In this document: piece after piece, positions 9,124-18,484 of the stretch
Numbering within the stretch: position 1 is the stretch's first letter
Layout: each line of letters starts with the position of its first letter
Source: Thermoanaerobaculia bacterium
Lineage (GTDB): Bacteria > Acidobacteriota > Thermoanaerobaculia > Gp7-AA8
Direction: 5' to 3'
Assembly: GCA_036522835.1 (NCBI GenBank)
Contig: DATDFB010000057.1
Location: 3,906 to 67,905 of the forward strand
Length of the DNA stretch: 64,000 nucleotides
Translations under genes and position numbers: made by a program
Notes under the pieces: model-generated
What the model saw: only the letters and a program-made list of their open reading frames with translations
What the model was told of the DNA's origin: nothing
The model's database searches: none

Positions 9124-9972
9124 ATGGAAAAAATCGTCGTCATCGGCGCCGGGACGATGGGCAACGGCATCGCCCACGTCGCCGCCGCCTCCGGGTTCCC
9201 CGTCACGCTCATCGACGTCGGCGACGAACTGCTCCGCCGCGCCGTCGACACCATCTCCGCAAACCTCCAGCGCGGCGTCGACAAAGGAAAAATGACCGCC
9301 GAGGAGAAGCAGGCGGTCCTAGGGCGGATCAACGCCGTCACCGGATTCGAGGCCGCCGCCGAGGCGGACATCGTCATCGAAGCCATCGTCGAGAACCTGG
9401 CCGCGAAAATCTCACTCTTCCAAAAGCTCGATAGCCTCGCCCCGCCGGAGTGCCTCCTGGCCTCGAACACGTCGTCGATCTCCATCACCAAGATCGCCGC
9501 GGCGACAAAGCGGCCGGAGAAGGTCATCGGCATGCACTTCATGAACCCGGTGCCGGTGATGACGCTCGTGGAGATCATCCGCGGCATCGCCACCTCGGAC
9601 GAGACCTACGCGAAAACCGAGGACCTCGCCAAGCGCATGGGGAAGACGCCGGTCGAAGCGAACGACTATCCCGGCTTCGTCTCCAACCGCGTCCTCATGC
9701 CGATGATCAACGAGGCCGTCTTCGCGCTGTACGAAGGCGTGGCCGGCAAGGAAGCGATCGACAGCGTGATGAAGCTGGGGATGAATCACCCGATGGGGCC
9801 GCTGACGCTCGCCGACTTCGTCGGCCTCGATGTCTGCCTGGCGGTCATGCGCGTGCTCGAGGAAGGCTTCGGCGATCCGAAATACCGCCCGTGCCCGTTA
9901 CTCGTAAAGATGGTGGATGCGGGGTGGCTGGGGAGGAAAACGGGAAGAGGGTTCTACGACTACCGAAAATGA
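9124..9972 (+). CDS. hbd: 3-hydroxybutyryl-CoA dehydrogenase (3-hydroxyacyl-CoA dehydrogenase family)
   Basis: [32 protein letters not shown] Rossmann N-terminus and the 3HCDH C-terminal domain. 282 aa. Confidence 0.9.
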   Translation: MEKIVVIGAGTMGNGIAHVAAASGFPVTLIDVGDELLRRAVDTISANLQRGVDKGKMTAEEKQAVLGRINAVTGFEAAAEADIVIEAIVENLAAKISLFQKLDSLAPPECLLASNTSSISITKIAAATKRPEKVIGMHFMNPVPVMTLVEIIRGIATSDETYAKTEDLAKRMGKTPVEANDYPGFVSNRVLMPMINEAVFALYEGVAGKEAIDSVMKLGMNHPMGPLTLADFVGLDVCLAVMRVLEEGFGDPKYRPCPLLVKMVDAGWLGRKTGRGFYDYRK

Positions 9973-10060
9973 CGGGAGGTCGATTTCTCGATTCTGAATT
10001 CGGAATTCCAAGTTTCGCAATTCCGGGGCCTGCCTCCCGTGTTTTAATCCGCACTCGAAC

Positions 10061-11929
10061 ATGCTCTGTCAATCCTGCAGCGCCTACAACGACGACGAAC
10101 GCGAGTTCTGCTACCGCTGCCAGAACAAGCTCATGGTCCTCTCCGGCGTCACCTCGTTCGAGGAAGACGAGATCGAGGACTACGAGGAAGAAGAGGATCT
10201 TTCCCTCGACGAGCACCTGCTCGAGCGCGTCTCGGCGATCGAGGAGATCGTCAAGCGCTCCGCCGAGACGCTGCGCACCGTCGTCGACGCCGTGCAGAAG
10301 CATGAGCGCGCCAACTTCATCAACCAAACGGGCCTGCTCTCGGTCAAGGAGCTCCTGGAGAAGAAGAACCTCGTCTCCTCCGACGAGCTCGTAGAGCTGT
10401 GGGAATCGAAGATGGGCGAGCAGATGCTCGCGCTGGAAAAGAAGCAGCGCTTCACCGAGCGCCGCGACCGCATGGTCTCGCTCTTCCGCAAGGGCGACAA
10501 GCGCGAGCGCTTCCTCCAGCACGTCGGCGAGGCCGCCGCGGCGTTCGACGGCTTCGATCCCGACCGCGGAATGAAGGCGCTCGAGGAGGCCTTCAAGCTC
10601 GACCGCGACAACTACGAGCTCTCCTTCTTCCTCGGCGAGATGTTCTTCAACGACGGCAACGTCGACCGCGCCAAGCACTACCTCGAGCGCACGCTCGAAG
10701 TGCAGCCCGACCACTTCGACGCCGCCGTCTTCTACGGCGTGCTGCTGCACGAACGGCAGGATCTCAAGGGCGCCGAGCGCTGGCTGCGCCGCGCCATCCA
10801 GATCTCCCAAGACTCGTTCCTCCCCTACTTCTCCCTCGGCGCGATCTACGCGCGCAAAGGAAAGCTGCTGCGCGCGCAGAAGTTCCTGGAGAAGGCCATC
10901 CAGATCGAGGCCATCCCGCAGGCCTACTTCCTCCTCGGTACGATCTTCTACGACAAGGGCCAGCTCGAGCGGGCCATCCGCTCGTTCCAGAACGCGCTGA
11001 AGCTCGATCCCGAGTACGAAGAGGCGATTTACCACCTCGGCCTCTGCTATCTCGACCGCAACTGGAACCGCAAGGCCATCCAGTGCTTCCAGGAGGCGCT
11101 GGAGCTCAATCCCAACAAGATGGAGTACCAGCAGGCGGTCAAGATCTACGAGGGGATCTCCGGCCACACGCCGCTCGAAGGGCCGGCCGCGACGGAGTTC
11201 GGCGAGGCGGAGACGCTGGTCACGCAGGGCAATTACATCGAGGCGCTCGATCATTACCGCCAGGCCGCGCAGGAAGAGCCGGAGAACGTCAACATCCTGA
11301 TGCCGTACGCGCTCCTCTGCTCGCACCTCGACATGAACGGCGAGGCCATCGCGGTGGCGCGGCGGATCCTCAAGCAGAAGCCGACCGAGGTCGTGGCCGC
11401 GGCCGCGTACACGACGCTCGTGGAAGCGCTGCGCGCCGAGGGGAATTACAAGGAAGCGAATCGAGCGCTCGAGGAGATGCTCGGCGAGTACACGTCGAAC
11501 TACGCGAAGTCGATCGCCTACTACGAGAAGGCTTACAACCTCGCCGAGATGGAAGAGAGCCTCGACGAAGCGCTGGAGAGCGCGCAACTGGCCCTGCGCT
11601 ACTCGCCGAAGGAGCTCAAACAGTTCCCCCTCGCCGCTCTCGGCTGGGTCTACTTCAAGCGCCGCGATTTCTCGAACGCCGTCGATTTCCTGACCAAGTC
11701 CGCTGACCTCGGTCCGACGGCGACGAATCTCATGCACCTCGGGATGGCGTTGCTCGAAAGCGGCCAGAAGGACCGCGCCCGCCAGGTCTTCCGCCGCGCC
11801 AAGAGCTTCAAGACGAAGGGCGCCGGCCTGGAGGAGAAGATCCTCGAGCAGGTGCGCTCGACGACGAAGCTGATCGACCGGTTGCACGCGCGGCGGCGGC
11901 GGGCGGCGGCGAAGCCGAGCGAGCGGTAA
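10061..11929 (+). CDS. TPR-repeat protein with N-terminal zinc ribbon
   Basis: MLCQSCSAYNDDEREFCYRCQNKL followed by at least 10 TPR-like units (YFLLGTIFYDKGQLERAIRSFQNALKLDP and similar). Confidence 0.75.
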   Translation: MLCQSCSAYNDDEREFCYRCQNKLMVLSGVTSFEEDEIEDYEEEEDLSLDEHLLERVSAIEEIVKRSAETLRTVVDAVQKHERANFINQTGLLSVKELLEKKNLVSSDELVELWESKMGEQMLALEKKQRFTERRDRMVSLFRKGDKRERFLQHVGEAAAAFDGFDPDRGMKALEEAFKLDRDNYELSFFLGEMFFNDGNVDRAKHYLERTLEVQPDHFDAAVFYGVLLHERQDLKGAERWLRRAIQISQDSFLPYFSLGAIYARKGKLLRAQKFLEKAIQIEAIPQAYFLLGTIFYDKGQLERAIRSFQNALKLDPEYEEAIYHLGLCYLDRNWNRKAIQCFQEALELNPNKMEYQQAVKIYEGISGHTPLEGPAATEFGEAETLVTQGNYIEALDHYRQAAQEEPENVNILMPYALLCSHLDMNGEAIAVARRILKQKPTEVVAAAAYTTLVEALRAEGNYKEANRALEEMLGEYTSNYAKSIAYYEKAYNLAEMEESLDEALESAQLALRYSPKELKQFPLAALGWVYFKRRDFSNAVDFLTKSADLGPTATNLMHLGMALLESGQKDRARQVFRRAKSFKTKGAGLEEKILEQVRSTTKLIDRLHARRRRAAAKPSER

Positions 11930-11934
11930 GCCCT

Positions 11935-11955
11935 GGAGTGCGGCGGCCGCACTCC
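11935..11955. repeat. Family-B-derived perfect 21-bp palindrome (GGAGTGCGGCGGCCGCACTCC) between convergent genes; likely also a terminator hairpin
   Basis: Perfect palindrome in the intergenic region between the TPR gene (+) and the DUF4097-like gene (-). Confidence 0.6.
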
Positions 11956-11978
11956 ACAAACCTTCGTCGTTCGCCGCG

Positions 11979-13505
11979 TCAGCGGTTCGACGAGAGCCGG
12001 ATCGTTCCCTCTTCCGCGTACAGCTCGAGCCTCTCGCCGCCGCCGTTGATCTTGCCGGTGGCGTGCACCTTCGTCCTCCCGCCAACCTGCTCCTTGCGGA
12101 TCTGCAGGCCGTTGAAGTCGGAGACGATCGGGTCGGCGTCGGCATCCGCGGTGAAGACCGTGGCGTCGACCTCGGCGCCGAAGCGCGAGGTGAGGTTGAG
12201 GATCACGTTGCCGCGCGCGGTGCGGGCGGTGATGCGCTGCGTGCGCTGCGTCGGGTCGGAGGTAATGGTGATGTCGCCCGAGCGCGTGTCGGCGTCGATC
12301 GGGCCGGCAGCCTGGCGGACGATGATGTCGCCGCCGAGCGATCTGAGCGTGGTCGGACCGCCGGTGTACTGCACCTCGACGATGCCGCCGTCGGTCGTGA
12401 TCGTGCCGCCGACGCGCGCGGCGCGCACGAGGATGCGCCCCACGCCGGTGTGCGCGGTCAGCCCCGCCATGGCCTCGGTGATGCTGATCGGGCCGCCGAC
12501 CGACGTGGCGTTCAGCTCCCCGTAGACCGTGCCGAGCTCGATCGCCCCCGCGCCGGTGAAGACGCGCAGCGCGCCGCGCGCTTCGCCGACCTGGATGTCG
12601 GCAACGCGCTGGGAGATCTCCATCGGCCCCTGCACGGTGGGGATCTGCACGCGCATCATCTGCGGGACCGCCGCCATCGGATCGCCGATCGTGCGCACCA
12701 GATCGCGCACCGAGCGCGCCGTCGACCCGTTCTCGCCGTTGGCCAGGATGGCCACACGGCCGAGCATCGTCCCCGTCACCAGGCGCGGCCCGCCGGGCGC
12801 GTTCACGCTGCCGTGGAAGACGCGTCCTTCCCAACGGCCGCGCAGCGGCAGCGTGGTCCAGAGGTCGCCGCGCAACGTGTCGGCAATCCAGTCGAAGTTC
12901 GAATCGAGCGGGAGATGCACCTCGATGTTGGCGTTGATGGCGTTGATCTGCGCGTGCGACACCGGCTTGGTCGTGTAGTTGTAGACGATGCGGCCGTTGG
13001 TCGAATCGACGATGGACGCGCCGGTGACGTTGTCGAACACGATCGTGCTGCTGAAGGCCTTCACCGTCACGTTGCCCATGATGTTGGAGACGTGGACCTG
13101 GTCGGCGCTCGTGGTCAGCACGCGCACGTGCACGGTCTTCGGCACGCGCACCGTGTATTTGACGCTGCTGCTCCAGCGCGGGCTGCGCAGCGGCGGCACG
13201 ACCGTCTTCACCACGCACTGGTGGGGGTTGTTGCAGTCGAAGTTGATGCTCGTGTTCTCGCGGGCCTCGTCGCGCGACTGGCGGTCGACGGCGATGATCG
13301 TCGTCACCGCGCTGATCGTCGCCTTGGCGCCGTCGACGCCGAAGATCTCGATCGTGCCGTCGGGATTGTCGATCCAGAACGTGCCGGCGATTTCGAGCGG
13401 ATACGTCTTGGTGACCGGGCCCTCGACGTACACATGGTTCGCGGCGCTGAGCGGGAGCGCGAGAGTCAGGAGCGCGGCGGCGAGTAGAGGGACCTGTCTC
13501 ATCAC
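11979..13505 (-). CDS. secreted beta-rich repeat protein, DUF4097-like putative adhesin
   Basis: Signal peptide MMRQVPLLAAALLTLALPLSAANHV. Repeated G-x-I/V-x-V strand motifs. Sits downstream of the anti-sigma gene, as is common for DUF4097 proteins. Confidence 0.55.
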   Translation of the reverse strand: MMRQVPLLAAALLTLALPLSAANHVYVEGPVTKTYPLEIAGTFWIDNPDGTIEIFGVDGAKATISAVTTIIAVDRQSRDEARENTSINFDCNNPHQCVVKTVVPPLRSPRWSSSVKYTVRVPKTVHVRVLTTSADQVHVSNIMGNVTVKAFSSTIVFDNVTGASIVDSTNGRIVYNYTTKPVSHAQINAINANIEVHLPLDSNFDWIADTLRGDLWTTLPLRGRWEGRVFHGSVNAPGGPRLVTGTMLGRVAILANGENGSTARSVRDLVRTIGDPMAAVPQMMRVQIPTVQGPMEISQRVADIQVGEARGALRVFTGAGAIELGTVYGELNATSVGGPISITEAMAGLTAHTGVGRILVRAARVGGTITTDGGIVEVQYTGGPTTLRSLGGDIIVRQAAGPIDADTRSGDITITSDPTQRTQRITARTARGNVILNLTSRFGAEVDATVFTADADADPIVSDFNGLQIRKEQVGGRTKVHATGKINGGGERLELYAEEGTIRLSSNR

Positions 13506-14542
13506 GGTTTGACGCTGCCGAGCGCCTCCGCCGCTTTGACTCGGACGTACATGTTCTCGTCGTCCTGCGCAGCCTTGGCGCGCAGCGTGTCGAGCGTGGC
13601 CGGGTCGGCCTGGCCGCCCTTCTTGAGCAGATTCGAGAGGGCCTCTACGGCTTTGAGGCGCACGGCGGGATTGGGATCGGTCTTCAGCGCCTGGATCAGC
13701 GCCTCCCGCGAGTCGCTCGTCGCGCCGCCCGCGGGCAGATTCGTCAGCGTCTCCACGGCCTTGATGCGCACGCCCTCGTGCGTGTCGTTGCGGAGGACGT
13801 TGGCCAGGGCGCGGGTGATCTCCGGATCGGCGTTGCCGGGCTGCGAGTACGTCGAGCGCACCCAGTCGATGGCCCGCGACTGCGACGGGGCCATGCGGTC
13901 CTCGTTCTCAAGGACGTAGCGCATCAGCCGCACCATGGTCTTGTCGGTTGGACGGCCGGTGACGGTCATGTGCGAGGTGATGTCGAACGAGACGCCGATC
14001 TGGTCGTCCGGCGCATTGAGCTGCGTGAAGCTCACGTTTTGGATGTCGGGACGCCCTTCGATCACCGGGCTGATGGAGTTGGCCGGCAGCACGCGCGATT
14101 CGGCGATGGAGAACGCGGCCGGCTGGTACGGCGTTGCGCTCGTGATCTTCGCCTCGGTCGTCGTCTGCGTTGCCGGCTTGTCGAAAACCGTCGTCGACGA
14201 CGTCGTCGTGCGATGTCCCGCCAAGTACGACCCGCCCGCGATCACGACGACCGCGGCGGCCTGCGCAAGCCAGCGGAACGCTGGCCGGCGACGAAACGGG
14301 ACGACGTCCGCCGATTCGACGGGAGGGTTCACGCGGTTGAGGAACTCCTGCTTCATGCGCGGCGGGACTTCGAGCTCGGGCAGTTGCTCGAGGAAGCTCC
14401 ACGTCTCGCGGTAGCCCGTCCACTCCTCGCCGCACGCCGCGCACTGCTCGATGTGCTGGTGCGTGGTCTCTCGCCGCACCGGGTCGAGCGACTCGGTCAA
14501 GAGCAGCGGCATCTGTTCGCGCATCAGAGTGCAGTCAGACAT
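13502..14542 (-). CDS. anti-sigma factor with N-terminal zf-HC2 zinc finger, one TM helix and C-terminal HEAT repeats
   Basis: HIEQCAACGEEW (zf-HC2). TM segment AVVVIAGGSYLAG. C-terminal repeats VRIKAVETLTNL / AVRLKAVEALSNL / VRVKAAEALGSV. Overlaps the upstream sigma gene. Confidence 0.7.
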   Translation of the reverse strand: MSDCTLMREQMPLLLTESLDPVRRETTHQHIEQCAACGEEWTGYRETWSFLEQLPELEVPPRMKQEFLNRVNPPVESADVVPFRRRPAFRWLAQAAAVVVIAGGSYLAGHRTTTSSTTVFDKPATQTTTEAKITSATPYQPAAFSIAESRVLPANSISPVIEGRPDIQNVSFTQLNAPDDQIGVSFDITSHMTVTGRPTDKTMVRLMRYVLENEDRMAPSQSRAIDWVRSTYSQPGNADPEITRALANVLRNDTHEGVRIKAVETLTNLPAGGATSDSREALIQALKTDPNPAVRLKAVEALSNLLKKGGQADPATLDTLRAKAAQDDENMYVRVKAAEALGSVKP

Positions 14543-15135
14543 CGTTCACCTCCGCTCGCCTCGCCGGTGAGCGCTTTCTTCAACACTTCCATGGCCCGGA
14601 ACACGCGCGTCTTCACCGCCCCCTCCGAGCATCCTGCGATCTGCGCGATCTCCGCGTACGACAGCCCCTGGTAGCGCGAGAGCAGGATGGCTTCGCGCTG
14701 GTCCGGAGTCAGGAACTGCAGCGCTTTCTGGATCCTCAGTTGGTTCTCGCGCTGCTCGAGCCGGTGATGGGGCGACTCGGACTGGCTGGCCGGCAGCGTC
14801 ACCAGAGCATCGTCCGAGTCCTTCGGCTTGTTGTCCCCTTTGCGCAGGTAGTCGCGGCACCAATTGGCCGCGATGGAAAAGAGCCAGGTGGAGAGCTTTG
14901 CCTCTCCATTGAACTGGTTGGCGTGCTTGAGCATCTTGACAAAGACTTCCTGGGTCGCGTCTTCCGCTGCCTCGCTGTTCCGGAGGAAGCGGTAGGTGAA
15001 GTTGTAAATCCGGCCTGAATAACGGTCGTAGATCTCCGAGGCGGGGGAGAAGTCGCCCGCCTGAACGATGCGCATGAGCTCCTGATCGCTCAGGGACTTC
15101 ATCTCCCTCGGTTCTCTCTGCTTCGACGCGGACAT
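14524..15135 (-). CDS. ECF RNA polymerase sigma factor
   Basis: Regions 2 and 4 present (ATQEVFVKMLKHANQF...STWLFSIAANWCRDYLRK; LTPDQREAILLSRYQGLSYAEIAQIAGCSEGAVKTRVFRAMEVLKK). The ORF extends to 15195, but that would overlap the upstream ligase gene, so I call an internal Met. Confidence 0.8.
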   Translation of the reverse strand: MSASKQREPREMKSLSDQELMRIVQAGDFSPASEIYDRYSGRIYNFTYRFLRNSEAAEDATQEVFVKMLKHANQFNGEAKLSTWLFSIAANWCRDYLRKGDNKPKDSDDALVTLPASQSESPHHRLEQRENQLRIQKALQFLTPDQREAILLSRYQGLSYAEIAQIAGCSEGAVKTRVFRAMEVLKKALTGEASGGERCLTAL

Positions 15136-15145
15136 GTCGGAAAGG

Positions 15146-16309
15146 TTACGGGCCGGCTGTTTGGAGTTGCGCAACAGCCGCCGGAGCGCCTTCATTGCGC
15201 TCGACCGAGGCGATCACCAGGGCGAAGAGGTCGAGCATGGCCAGAAAGACCTCGGTGTCGCCGAAGTTGAACTCGAACATCCCCGCGACGACGAGCCCGA
15301 CCGTAATGGCCACGCCGAGCTCGGCATATTTCGAGCCCCAGCCTCGGGCGCATTCCCTCAGAAAGAGCGCGATCAACACGACGTACGCGGCGAGCCCGAG
15401 AATGCCGCGCTCGGCCCAGAGCTGCACGAGGTTGTTGTGCAGGTGCGGGATGCGGAAGCGCGGCGCGTCGGGCTTGCGGTAGAGCGGATAGACCTCTTTC
15501 ATGTTGCCCGGGCCGACGCCGAGGACCGGAACGTCTTTGATGATCTCCACGCCGCCTTCGAACATGCGGATCCGGTCGAAGTTCGACGACTGCTTCGTGT
15601 CGAAGGCCGACAGGACCCGGGCGAAGTACGGCAGGGGGAGGAAAGTGATGACGAGGATGCCGGCCGGCACGGCCCAGGCAAGAAGGCGCGGCCGCTTCAG
15701 CGTGGCGAGCACGACGACGGCGACGAGCCAGCCGAGCCAGGCGCTGCGGGTGAAGGTCATGAGCAGCGTGAGCGTGGTCAGGATCGTGCCGCCCAGGAGC
15801 CAGAGGTTGCGGCGGTCGTGAATCCAGAGGACGAGGAAGATCAGCGCCACCGGCAGCATCAGCCCCGAATAGGTCATCACGTGCGCGGCCGGGCCGGTGA
15901 TGCGGTGCTCGAGATCGCGCTGGTGCAGTGCGAAATACTGCACAAAGCCGTAAAGCGAGGAGAAGACGCCGAAGGCGAGGAAGGTCTTCAGGGCCATCTC
16001 TTTGGTCCTCGGCACGTTCCTGAACAGGATGAGCGCGGCGGGAAAGAGCAGGCACTTCAACCACAGCGCGCTCTCGCCGAAGGCATGCTTCGACGCGCCG
16101 TTGGCGATGGAGGAGACCGAGGAGTCGAGCGCGTAGACGAAGAGCGGGAAGTAGAGGACGTGGAAGGAGGGTTTGATCTCGCCTTTCCAGATCAGCCAGG
16201 CGAGCGTGCCGATCATCAGAACGACGCCGAGCTCCGAGGAGGCGATCCAGCCGGCGCAGAAGATGTGGGCGAGGTAGAAGAAAGTCGCGAGTGCAACGCC
16301 GCGGGACAT
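15146..16309 (-). CDS. O-antigen ligase family (WaaL / O-antigen polymerase-like) membrane protein
   Basis: 387 aa with roughly 10-12 TM helices and a large periplasmic loop. O-antigen ligase-type motif region FTRSAWLGWLVAVVVLATL...HLHNNLVQLWAERGILGL. Confidence 0.75.
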   Translation of the reverse strand: MSRGVALATFFYLAHIFCAGWIASSELGVVLMIGTLAWLIWKGEIKPSFHVLYFPLFVYALDSSVSSIANGASKHAFGESALWLKCLLFPAALILFRNVPRTKEMALKTFLAFGVFSSLYGFVQYFALHQRDLEHRITGPAAHVMTYSGLMLPVALIFLVLWIHDRRNLWLLGGTILTTLTLLMTFTRSAWLGWLVAVVVLATLKRPRLLAWAVPAGILVITFLPLPYFARVLSAFDTKQSSNFDRIRMFEGGVEIIKDVPVLGVGPGNMKEVYPLYRKPDAPRFRIPHLHNNLVQLWAERGILGLAAYVVLIALFLRECARGWGSKYAELGVAITVGLVVAGMFEFNFGDTEVFLAMLDLFALVIASVERNEGAPAAVAQLQTAGP

Positions 16310-16330
16310 GGCGCGTTACGCCCGCATACC

Positions 16331-16427
16331 ACGGAAACTTAGAACGCAGAATGCGAATGCAGAATGAAGAAAGCTTCGCCGGCGATTTCTCAATTCTGCA
16401 TTCGCATTCTGCGTTCTGAATTTCCGT
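16331..16427. repeat. Palindromic repeat family D, full ~97-bp copy
   Basis: cacggaaacttagaacgcagaatgcgaatgcagaatgaagaaa...tttctcaattctgcattcgcattctgcgttctgaatttccgtg. Near-identical to the 19814 copy. Confidence 0.85.
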
Positions 16428-16446
16428 GGGCCGAAAGCAGGCGAGC

Positions 16447-16686
16447 TCACATCTCCTCGAATGCCTCGTCCACCAGCATCACCGGGATGTCACTGACGAT
16501 CGGGTAGATCCGGTGGCACTTGACGCACTGCAGGCCCTGCTCGACGACGGGCTCCTCGCCGCGGAACTTCTCCCGGAACTTGTCGCGCACGGCCGCGCTC
16601 CGCTCCGCCGACAGCGGCACCATGCGCACCTCTTCCTTGCACAGCGGGCAGGCGAGGATCTCGAGCAGTTCCGTGTCGATGGCCAT
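16447..16686 (-). CDS. Trm112-family small zinc-ribbon protein (DUF343/YcaR-like)
   Basis: MAIDTELLEILACPLCKEEV...LQCVKCHRIYPIVSDIPVMLVDEA has the typical Trm112 fold motifs. The alternative start at 16707 is rejected as it would abut the GT gene. Confidence 0.7.
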   Translation of the reverse strand: MAIDTELLEILACPLCKEEVRMVPLSAERSAAVRDKFREKFRGEEPVVEQGLQCVKCHRIYPIVSDIPVMLVDEAFEEM

Positions 16687-16717
16687 GGGCGGCGCGAAGT
16701 GTAGCATTCGCGGCGCA

Positions 16718-17776
16718 ATGCGAGTCCTGCACCTCGCCGCCGGAAACCGCTGGACCGGAGCCGCCGCGCCGGCGTTCGCCGAGGTGGCGGCGCTGCGCGA
16801 GGCGGGAGTCGATGCGCACTACGCCTACGTCGGCGGCTACAAGCTCGAGCAGAAGCTCGCCCACGTCGGCTTCGCCCACCCCGCGATCGCCAAGGCGCAG
16901 AATCCGCTGTCGTTCCTGCGCACAGCCACGAGGCTCGAGCACCTCATCGACCACCACGGCTTCGACGTCGTGCACGCGCACCTCACCTACGATCACGTGC
17001 TGGCGCGGTTCATCGCCAAGCGGGAGAAGGTGCGGATCGTGCGGACGTTCCACTCCCGGCGGGTGATCCGCGGCGACGTCTTCACGCGGGCGCTCGTCCG
17101 GCGCACCGACGCGATTTGCGTGATCAACGACGCGCTCGCCGAGGCGGCGCCGATCCGCGGCCGTTTCGCGCTCTACACACCGCCGCCGCTCGACACGCGG
17201 CAATTCACGCCCGAGGGGCCGGACTTGCGCGGGGCCTACGGCGTCGAGGGCGATGCGCTGCTCCTCGTCGCCATCGGCAAGCTCGATCCCGCGCGCGGCT
17301 TCGAGGACGTGCTGCGGACGTACGCACTGGTACGGCAGGCCATCGCCACGGCGCGGCTGATGATCATCGGCCACGGCCCGCACCGCCCGGCGCTCGAAGC
17401 GCTGGCGAGCTCGCTGCAAATCGAGCCGATCTGGGCCGGTTATCACGAGGACGATCTCGCCGAGCACTACCGCGCCGCCGACGTGCTGCTCTTCACCGCG
17501 CGCGGCTCCGACGAGGGCCACCGCGCCGTGATCGAGGCGATGGGCTGCGGCGTCGTGCCGGCGACGTATCGCCTCGACGGCATGCCCGCGATCCTCGGCG
17601 AGCTCGGCGCGGAGTCGCTGGCGGCGTCGCCGGCGCCGCAGGCGCTGGCCGAGCGCGTGATCGCCATCGCCCAAGGCGATCTCGCCGCATCGCGCCGCGC
17701 GGCGTTCGCACGGTCGGCGGAGTTTTCGTACGGGAAGGCCGCGGAGCGGCTGATGAAGCTGTACGAGTCGCTCTAA
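16718..17776 (+). CDS. glycosyltransferase family 1 (GT4-like)
   Basis: MRVLHLAAGNRWTGAAAPAFAEV N-terminus. C-terminal GT1 motif region ARGSDEGHRAVIEAMGCGVVPA. The ORF-track start at 16520 is an upstream artifact. Confidence 0.8.
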   Translation: MRVLHLAAGNRWTGAAAPAFAEVAALREAGVDAHYAYVGGYKLEQKLAHVGFAHPAIAKAQNPLSFLRTATRLEHLIDHHGFDVVHAHLTYDHVLARFIAKREKVRIVRTFHSRRVIRGDVFTRALVRRTDAICVINDALAEAAPIRGRFALYTPPPLDTRQFTPEGPDLRGAYGVEGDALLLVAIGKLDPARGFEDVLRTYALVRQAIATARLMIIGHGPHRPALEALASSLQIEPIWAGYHEDDLAEHYRAADVLLFTARGSDEGHRAVIEAMGCGVVPATYRLDGMPAILGELGAESLAASPAPQALAERVIAIAQGDLAASRRAAFARSAEFSYGKAAERLMKLYESL

Positions 17777-18396
17777 ATCGTTCGCAGCAGCGCCCGCACC
17801 GGACTGGCATCCCCACCCCGAATCCGCAGCGGCGCCGCGATCAGCTCGTACGCCCCCTCGGCCACGCCGTCGAGCACGAGCCCCTCGAGGTTGGCCATGT
17901 CGTGCTCCGCGAGCGCCTGGTGCGACTCCAGCGCCTTCGACTCGAACGGATCGACCGACGGCGTGTCGATGCCGACGAGGATCACGCCATGCTGGTGCAG
18001 CACGTCGATCACCGCGGGCGAGAGGCTGGCGAAATCGTCGTTCCAGTTGCGCGGATCGGGAAACGTGCCGGTGCGAAACAGCACGCGCGGCGCGGTGATG
18101 GCCTTGCCGGCGATGTGCATCGGGCGGATGCGGTCGCCGCGCTCGACGTTGACGTGCACGACGATGCACTGGCCGATGTAGTAATCGAGCGAGCGCGAGG
18201 CGATGTCGGCGCCGCCGGCGGCGTAATGGCTCGGCGCGTCGGCGTGCGCGCCGGCGTGGAGCGTGGTGCGGACGTCGGAGAGCGTCAGGTGCGCGCCGGC
18301 GTCGATGTCGAGGCTGACGTTGCGCGCGAACGGCGTGTCCCCGGGCCAGACTGCGACGCCCGCGTCGAGCACGGGCGAGATGTCGATGAGCGTCAT
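17773..18396 (-). CDS. kynB: cyclase-family protein / kynurenine formamidase (arylformamidase)
   Basis: 207 aa. Cyclase-family metal-binding motif region HAGAHADAPSHY...HVNVERG. Conserved length. Confidence 0.75.
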   Translation of the reverse strand: MTLIDISPVLDAGVAVWPGDTPFARNVSLDIDAGAHLTLSDVRTTLHAGAHADAPSHYAAGGADIASRSLDYYIGQCIVVHVNVERGDRIRPMHIAGKAITAPRVLFRTGTFPDPRNWNDDFASLSPAVIDVLHQHGVILVGIDTPSVDPFESKALESHQALAEHDMANLEGLVLDGVAEGAYELIAAPLRIRGGDASPVRALLRTI

Positions 18397-18400
18397 ATGA

Positions 18401-18479
18401 GTGTCATTCCGAGCCGCGAAGACGGCGAAGAATCCCGTGCCTGCCGGCAGGGGGTCCCTCGCTCCGCTCGGGATGACAC
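18401..18479. repeat. Palindromic repeat family A, full copy (intergenic)
   Basis: gtgtcattccgagccgcgaagacggcgaagaatcc...ctcgctccgctcgggatgacac. Confidence 0.8.
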
Positions 18480-18484
18480 GGCGG

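Noticed and set aside
9450-10394. 314-aa plus-strand ORF overlapping hbd
   Set aside because: It is an out-of-frame shadow of hbd, continuing through intergenic DNA into the TPR gene's other frame. The composition is Arg/Pro/Ser nonsense.
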